A stretch of DNA of 64,000 bases from an uncultured virus (IMG/VR IMGVR_UViG_3300008113_007374) (taxonomy: Duplodnaviria; Heunggongvirae; Uroviricota; Caudoviricetes): IMG/VR virus record IMGVR_UViG_3300008113_007374, one strand, 5' to 3'. The notes beneath the pieces were generated by a model. The model worked only from the letters and a program-made list of their open reading frames with translations, was not told the DNA's origin and made no database searches. Both the position numbers and the translations under genes were made by a program. Every line of letters begins with the position of its first letter. The first letter of the stretch is position 1. This document shows positions 57,533-64,000 of the stretch, piece after piece.

Positions 57533-60500
57533 TTAATTTGGGTTTTGTTTAAAATATTCATAAGCATTAGTAAATACGCTAACAAAAAGGTTATAAGTGT
57601 TCACACTATAGTCTCCATTTGGTTCTGAAAAATCATTTACAGTGGTATCTTTAATTCCTTCAGAATTTAATGAATTGGTAAACGCCAATGGTGTTAACCA
57701 CGTAGTATAAGCTATTTGGAATAAAGCTTTACCGTAACTTTTATTTATATCTGTATCAACATTTAACGTTTTAAGTGGTTCGACATTATTTTTTACAACT
57801 TCATTCATAAAAGAAGCCATAAATGCAATTGATTCTGAAAGATTATCAAATTTTACTAATCTTAATGAATTGTTGGCAATTTTAACGCATGATTGTTTTT
57901 TAATATATGAATTTAAATTTCCAGGCCATGAGCTCTCAGTGTTAATCTCGAATGGATTATTATTAATACAATTATAAACGTCATTATTTAATGTAGTACC
58001 AGTCATAATTTGAGCAATACCCCAAATAAGTGCCCTCATATTAGTGTCAGTTGTTGCTTGTTTTATTAAAGGATAAATGTCTTCTGTAGTAAAAGTTGTT
58101 TGTGTGAGGTCTTCAAAAGGTATATTTATATATGGTGTTGGGATATTATCTTTACAATCTGAATCATTTCCCGCTAAAGTATTTATTGTTGGATTTTCAC
58201 TTAACAATTTTTCCTCATCTAATCTTTGTTGTGTTTTTGGTTTTTTATCTTTTGCCGCAATTTCTTTAATTTTACTTATAACATCTTTATTAACTGACGC
58301 CAATAAATTATCAACTTGTGGTAATGCATATTTAGGAATTCTTGTTCCTTTAAAATCAGTATCAAAACCTCTTTCTGTCACATTATGGTTTACTTCTGTA
58401 ATCCAATAAGGTCCATAAAACATAGGAACGTGTCTTAAAATAAAATACATAGTTGGTTGTATCATGGCATTACCCATAGATGTTACCCCACAAGCATATG
58501 ACCTAGATTTATATATACTATATAATGATTGTGATTGTTGACCAACTTTATCCCCTGCAACTGAGCTACCCATATCAGCGTAAACTTTAAATGACTCTGA
58601 AGTATTTTTCATTTCTGACATGTCTAAACTCAAACTTTTAAATATGTTTTGGTTTCTAATTCCAAAATCTACCGCAAATCCAACAACACGATTACTTAGT
58701 GAGTAATTTGTATTTGGGTCTGACCTTCTTACTGGATTATCAGGAACTCTTAAATCAAAACTATCGTCACCAAATCTATTAAAAGTGTTTTCTTTTGGTT
58801 TAGGATATTCTGAAGGGTTACCAATATATAGACATAAAAATTTTGGACTTGATTTGGTATAATCCACTTCTAAATAAGTCCCAAATAAACTATTACCAAT
58901 TTCACTATCCCTTAACGCCTCTGGTTTTTTTGCGGCTTGTTGGATTCCATAAAAATTAATGTAAGCGGGCATTGCCATAAAAATAAAAAAATTATCTTCC
59001 AAAATTGAACTAACCAATGACATTAAACTTTGATTTTGATTAGTGTCTATGGATAATCTACTTACCACTTTTTCAACATCTAAAACAAAACTATCTCCTA
59101 AATCACTATTTGCTCTATCCATAAATAAGAAATCCTCAAATAATGTATTTGTTTTTAAATCAGAACCCGCAATCCATTTATCATTAAAACCTTTTAATGT
59201 ATTATATGTTGATAATTTTGTTGTATCTCCATTCATTGCAGTTTTAGGTAAACCTAAATCAACCTCAATATTTTTTAATATTTTATTTAAATTACTAAAA
59301 GTTTCATTTACCATCTTATTTTGTAAATCATACCTGTCTAAAAGAAAGTCATTAATATAAGTTGTAAATTTGTTTTTATCAAAAGTTTTATCTTCTCGTT
59401 TTAATTCTGAATATAATCTTATTAATGGGTAAAGTGTTTCAATATTTTCTTTTGTAAATTTTATATTGTTATCAAAAAAGAAATCAGAAACAAATGACTT
59501 TTCGGTATTAGGAAATGGTTGTGGAAATGAGAATGGTGTTGTAATAAAAGGATTTGTCGTTTGAATTCCAGGAAATGTTGAGACCGCGGCTATTAATTTT
59601 ATCGGAGTTAATTGAAGTAAGTTTGGTATATACGTAATAACCATTTGGTAATCTCCAGGCGCAATGTCCTGTATTGTTGAAACGTACTGATAATTTGTTG
59701 TAAAATCATTTTCTGTGGTTGAGGGAACCGTATTTGAACTGTCTTCAATATTTGAGTATGGTTGATAGAATTTAATATTTTGAAGTTTGGTTTTGATATC
59801 TTGTGGATTTGCTTCACCTATAATTCTAAAAACTTGATAAGTACCATCTGTTTTTTGGACGTTAATAATATCTGTAGTTCCTGAATTTGCCGGAAATTGA
59901 GTTGAGTAATCTCCAATAAATTGTACTTGTACTGATTGTGTTGCTGCGGTTGTAATACCACTAACTGAAGGAAACGCACTATCAACTTGATTTTGATAAT
60001 CAATCCCATTGATAGATGAAAATCCAACATATTTTCTAAGCGCTTTCCAAGCTTCAGAATTTTTAGCTAAACTTTGTGTCAAAGTAATTGGAGTTCCGTC
60101 CCCTGGTAAATTATTGGCGATATAACTATCAAAAGTTAATTTGTCCACAGTTTGCATTTGAGTCAGGTTACTGAATGAGTCAAATAATTTTCTATCAAAT
60201 TGTGTTGGGTTACCAATTTTTATAACACAATCAAAGTTTAAAAACTCTTTAAGTGTTGTATACATTGTTTGTAATTGGTCATCAATTAACATGTTACCAT
60301 CGTTTTCTTCATTTGTACCATCAAAAAACATGGTTCTATAGGTGAATAAACCACTTATTTGACTTTTTAATAATTTTAAATTTGCATTTGTTAATCCTCC
60401 ACTACTTGTGTAAGATGTTTTGATGTTTTCACTATTTAATATCAAATCATTTGCCGATGGTGTTGGGTTACAAAACGTTAAAAACTTAGCCTCCATCTTA

Positions 60501-63500
60501 TCTAATAAATCAACATCAAATAAATTAAAAATTTCCTCAATCAAAGAATATGTTGATTGGTTATTTGTAATATCAAAATCATTTTGTGAATCGGTATTTG
60601 TTTTGATTACTTTTAGATATTCAGTAGGTTTTGGTTTTTTTATTAAAGAATTATCAAAATAACCAAAATGTGATGCCCCCCAAAGTGTTCTTACAGTCCC
60701 ATTAAACATTGATTTGTTATCATAGATATCTTTTGTTATTTCATTAGTATCGTTAAAACATTCAAAAATTGCTTGGTCAAACGGAACGGCACCCATGGAT
60801 GGGTACATTATTATTTTTTTACCAGGTGTTTTTGTATCACCACTATCGACTCTATATACATATGCATTTGTTTTTATTAGTGTCCTTATATTGTTTTGTT
60901 GGTCAAACCCTTTTGGAAAACTACTTGATGATTTACTTGTAAAACCAATTCTAAACCCTTTCTTTTTATATGCGTTTGAAAAATCATTTGCAGTATATCC
61001 TGTAAATAAATCTTTCCCGTTTAGATAGTACTCAACAGAATTAACCACTTGTGGATAAAACCCCGTATTAAAAATATCGGTTCTTTGTGTGAAATTTGGG
61101 AATGCCCCCAAAAGTTCTACTCTTTGTAATGATATTTGTTTTGGATTTCCACTATAATCAAGAATAGTATAATTTGTATAAGAATTACCACTAACAGGGT
61201 CATATGATTTTGCATAATCAAAATCTTTCCATACATCATCTAAAATATCAATTTTGTTATTAACATAGTTTTTATATCTATGCCAAATTGAGCCGTATTT
61301 TAATACCCAAGCATATGGAACTTGGTGTATTGAAGAAAATTTGTTGAAGGTTGCTGCTAAGTAATCTAAATCAGTAGCAACAACTCCGTTGAAATTTTTT
61401 ATTTTTTCCTTTGTTGTTATAAGTGGTAATGAATTAAGAAACAAATATCCAAGAGCAGCATATGGGTTTGATTTTTTACTTTTTTGTTTTTTTACCCCTT
61501 CAGTCAATGCATTTACAAAATATGGTGTGTTTAATAATGATGTTGTTTGTATAAATGTTCCTAAATTACCGCTATAACTAGAACCATAATCAATGTAAGA
61601 TTCTGTAAGATATAAATCTTTTTGTTTTCTATTTTCAAAATAATTTTTGAGAGCCAATTGTGAATTTATGACTTGTTCGGGATTACTGGAGTTTGTAAAC
61701 TTTTGTTGGTTTTGATTTTCAAAAACAGTTTGACTTGTAAAAAGTTTTAAATTGTTGTAATTATTTTTACTTGTAGTTCTTGCAATTGTTTTTTTATTTT
61801 CTAAAAAAACAAAACTATTAGTTGTATTATTAAAGTCTTCATATTTTTCAATTTTATTACCATTAGACATATTATTTTTTAACCACTTAACATCAGTAAA
61901 TGGGTATGTGTCCAATCTATTTTTTTGAGAAGTCGCACTATCATTTAAAAACTCACCCATATTTTTTATCAAAGGTAAATCCGCGGAAACTTGTGTGGAA
62001 CTACTTTCTATTGTGTCAATTGAATAGATTTCATTAATAGTTTTTAATAAATTTTGTATATACTCGGTTGTAAAAATATCCCTAATATATGTTTGCCAAC
62101 TTTGTCCCTGCCCATTGTTAGATATTACTTTCATATATTCAACAAGTTTTTGCATGTTGAATTTTGAATTCCTAAGGGTTTGATTTAAAGTAATATCTTC
62201 AGGTGCAATTAAACTTAAATTTAAACTTTCTATATCACCATAAAATTTATCTATCTGATTTTTTGTTGCAACATTATTAGGTAAATTTCCGTAATGTGAG
62301 CTTAAATAAGTTCTTTCAAAAATTTCATAAAATATTTTAATCGCATTTAAATCTTGATAAGGTGCGGTTTTGAAAGGGAACTCTAACGCTCCACAAGATA
62401 CGTATTTTGTAACATCTGTTGGGTTATCATATGAATAATTTGATTCGGGTCTTTCTTTTTCTAAAGACGCCTTAATAAAGGCTTCTGTAAACCCAACCTC
62501 AGGCCAAATTCTATAATCGTACGCTTTAGTTTGTCTAATGTATTTTGCATCTCCAGGATACTGTATAGTATACAGGTCAGAACCACTTTCTTGTTTTTCT
62601 AAAGTAAAATATAAAGGCCATGGGTAAACAACATTGTCATCATTTAATTCACCACTAGATTTTTGTATACTCTTTAAAGCGTCTACTGAAAAGTTTTTTT
62701 CTGCAGGTATAACTGCCAATAACCTATCTTTTTCAGTTCTAACATTCCAAGCCTCCTGATGATTATCTTCCATTAATCTGTAAAAGGCATCAGCACCTGC
62801 CATTATTACCGCAAAAATATTTCTTATTGTTGGTTTAAACCCTAATCCACCACCTCCCTTTGTGGGTTGTTTTAATTGTTGTTCAGCATAAAATTTAGTT
62901 AATCTATCTTCAATGATTTTTTGTTTAGCCTCTAAACTAGTTGTCATGCCATCCAGTTTGTCTAAATATGAATTTTTTATAAAAGTTCCGTCTGAAATAA
63001 TTTTATCACCAAAAACAAAGTAATCGGGTTTATCTTCAATCCAATCACCATTTTCATTTTGCACTTTAGTATCTAAAACGGCAGTTAAAGTTTCATCTCT
63101 GACAAACTTTTCATAACCTTCAGTGTCTGTTGATGTTAACGGTTTGTTATACCTTGATTGATAAGTGTTTCTAACATTTTCTTGATTGTCCGACCAAGTT
63201 TTAAAATCTAACTTTCTTAATACGTCTTTTTCATTTTTTACAGTAATGTTGATTTGGTATTCGGCACTTTTTCCTTCCCCAAATGTCGCATTTTCTTTTA
63301 AGTATGAAACATATTTTTGTATTCTATCTTTAATTTTTGTTTTAAAAAGTTCTCTTGATTCAAATGTGATTTCTTTTTTAAATGGGTAATAAATTTCTTG
63401 TCCGACAATGTAGTAACTACTTCTATCTAAGTAATTATTAATTGCATATTCAAATACTTCAGTTTTTAATTTATTTAAATTGTCTGCAAAATCTTGTAAA

Positions 63501-64000
63501 TCATTTAATTTTGTAAAATCTTCTTGTTTAGTTAAGTCAGCCTTTAAACCTGTTTTGTAATTTTCTACCCTATGTACAAAATCTTCTATAGATAAAACCG
63601 GAAAGTCTGAAGAAATTAATCCTTTTCTTTTGTATATATCGTAGACTTCTTTTAGTTTTTGTCTTCCCTTATATGTATTGAAATAACTTTTGTTACCGTT
63701 TGGCTCTGTTACGGTTATCTGTGTATTATACATTTTTGGTGCAGTTATCGCGTAAGACAATGGTGTGTCAAATAAAAGTGCGGTGAACTTACCAATTAAT
63801 TTTAGTGAAATATTATAATTACCAGTATCAGCATCAAAAGAAGCATTAAAAGACATTAAAGATAGTCTATATCTGACCGCCTTACCATAATAACCTTTAA
63901 GGGTTAAATAAAATAATGGATATGGAAAGTTAAAAAATGCAGAATACAATGAATTCTCACCCTGTTCAAATAAAGACCTACCTTGTATGTCAACCATTTC
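57533..64000 (-). CDS. Giant baseplate-hub-like virion protein (>2150 aa; probably begins beyond the window)
   Basis: SYACGVTSMGNAMIQPTMYFILRHVPMFYGPYWITEVNHNV..FDTDFKGTR resembles the gp27/gpD hub C-terminal barrel. Confidence 0.65.
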   Translation of the reverse strand, partial: EMVDIQGRSLFEQGENSLYSAFFNFPYPLFYLTLKGYYGKAVRYRLSLMSFNASFDADTGNYNISLKLIGKFTALLFDTPLSYAITAPKMYNTQITVTEPNGNKSYFNTYKGRQKLKEVYDIYKRKGLISSDFPVLSIEDFVHRVENYKTGLKADLTKQEDFTKLNDLQDFADNLNKLKTEVFEYAINNYLDRSSYYIVGQEIYYPFKKEITFESRELFKTKIKDRIQKYVSYLKENATFGEGKSAEYQINITVKNEKDVLRKLDFKTWSDNQENVRNTYQSRYNKPLTSTDTEGYEKFVRDETLTAVLDTKVQNENGDWIEDKPDYFVFGDKIISDGTFIKNSYLDKLDGMTTSLEAKQKIIEDRLTKFYAEQQLKQPTKGGGGLGFKPTIRNIFAVIMAGADAFYRLMEDNHQEAWNVRTEKDRLLAVIPAEKNFSVDALKSIQKSSGELNDDNVVYPWPLYFTLEKQESGSDLYTIQYPGDAKYIRQTKAYDYRIWPEVGFTEAFIKASLEKERPESNYSYDNPTDVTKYVSCGALEFPFKTAPYQDLNAIKIFYEIFERTYLSSHYGNLPNNVATKNQIDKFYGDIESLNLSLIAPEDITLNQTLRNSKFNMQKLVEYMKVISNNGQGQSWQTYIRDIFTTEYIQNLLKTINEIYSIDTIESSSTQVSADLPLIKNMGEFLNDSATSQKNRLDTYPFTDVKWLKNNMSNGNKIEKYEDFNNTTNSFVFLENKKTIARTTSKNNYNNLKLFTSQTVFENQNQQKFTNSSNPEQVINSQLALKNYFENRKQKDLYLTESYIDYGSSYSGNLGTFIQTTSLLNTPYFVNALTEGVKKQKSKKSNPYAALGYLFLNSLPLITTKEKIKNFNGVVATDLDYLAATFNKFSSIHQVPYAWVLKYGSIWHRYKNYVNNKIDILDDVWKDFDYAKSYDPVSGNSYTNYTILDYSGNPKQISLQRVELLGAFPNFTQRTDIFNTGFYPQVVNSVEYYLNGKDLFTGYTANDFSNAYKKKGFRIGFTSKSSSSFPKGFDQQNNIRTLIKTNAYVYRVDSGDTKTPGKKIIMYPSMGAVPFDQAIFECFNDTNEITKDIYDNKSMFNGTVRTLWGASHFGYFDNSLIKKPKPTEYLKVIKTNTDSQNDFDITNNQSTYSLIEEIFNLFDVDLLDKMEAKFLTFCNPTPSANDLILNSENIKTSYTSSGGLTNANLKLLKSQISGLFTYRTMFFDGTNEENDGNMLIDDQLQTMYTTLKEFLNFDCVIKIGNPTQFDRKLFDSFSNLTQMQTVDKLTFDSYIANNLPGDGTPITLTQSLAKNSEAWKALRKYVGFSSINGIDYQNQVDSAFPSVSGITTAATQSVQVQFIGDYSTQFPANSGTTDIINVQKTDGTYQVFRIIGEANPQDIKTKLQNIKFYQPYSNIEDSSNTVPSTTENDFTTNYQYVSTIQDIAPGDYQMVITYIPNLLQLTPIKLIAAVSTFPGIQTTNPFITTPFSFPQPFPNTEKSFVSDFFFDNNIKFTKENIETLYPLIRLYSELKREDKTFDKNKFTTYINDFLLDRYDLQNKMVNETFSNLNKILKNIEVDLGLPKTAMNGDTTKLSTYNTLKGFNDKWIAGSDLKTNTLFEDFLFMDRANSDLGDSFVLDVEKVVSRLSIDTNQNQSLMSLVSSILEDNFFIFMAMPAYINFYGIQQAAKKPEALRDSEIGNSLFGTYLEVDYTKSSPKFLCLYIGNPSEYPKPKENTFNRFGDDSFDLRVPDNPVRRSDPNTNYSLSNRVVGFAVDFGIRNQNIFKSLSLDMSEMKNTSESFKVYADMGSSVAGDKVGQQSQSLYSIYKSRSYACGVTSMGNAMIQPTMYFILRHVPMFYGPYWITEVNHNVTERGFDTDFKGTRIPKYALPQVDNLLASVNKDVISKIKEIAAKDKKPKTQQRLDEEKLLSENPTINTLAGNDSDCKDNIPTPYINIPFEDLTQTTFTTEDIYPLIKQATTDTNMRALIWGIAQIMTGTTLNNDVYNCINNNPFEINTESSWPGNLNSYIKKQSCVKIANNSLRLVKFDNLSESIAFMASFMNEVVKNNVEPLKTLNVDTDINKSYGKALFQIAYTTWLTPLAFTNSLNSEGIKDTTVNDFSEPNGDYSVNTYNLFVSVFTNAYEYFKQNPN

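Noticed and set aside
468..63389. Numerous plus-strand and nested ORFs in the six-frame track (e.g. 468-656, 2538-3134, 25495-25776, 28476-28826, 56849-57292)
   Set aside because: They are antisense or alternative-frame shadows of well-supported minus-strand genes and carry no recognisable motifs
1..64000. Stop-codon reassignment as seen in some large Bacteroidota phages
   Set aside because: Conserved genes (NrdA, NrdB, helicase, primase, DnaJ) are full length in the standard code, and TAG and TGA both end genes at sensible positions

Overview
AT-rich, densely coding segment of a large lytic myovirus-type (jumbo-like) bacteriophage; almost all genes lie on the minus strand and use the standard code. 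The host is very probably Bacteroidota, based on TTTG-N19-TAnnTTTG promoters, a Bacteroidota-type primary sigma factor, an Hc1-like protein, SprB repeats and the absence of obvious Shine-Dalgarno sites. Left to right: Dam-type methyltransferase, DnaJ, a block of small and acidic proteins (several may be head-associated), a lysis-like cluster (degenerate amidase, spanin-like proteins), two GC-rich structured intergenic elements flanking an orphan gene, sigma factor, SbcCD (SbcC broken by a frameshift or deletion), PD-(D/E)XK nuclease, primase, RuvC-like resolvase, a ~28 kb baseplate/tail-appendage module, NrdAB, helicase, 5'-3' exonuclease, RecA/UvsX, SSB and a giant baseplate-hub-like protein. 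The best candidate for an undescribed system is a GT60-like (polypeptide alpha-GlcNAc transferase) gene inside the tail-appendage module, next to proteins with mucin-like (Pro-Thr)n and Gly-Ser/Thr repeats, which suggests phage-encoded O-glycosylation of the virion. The second candidate is the pair of putative ncRNAs around the orphan gene. All family assignments come from motifs recognised by eye; no searches were run.
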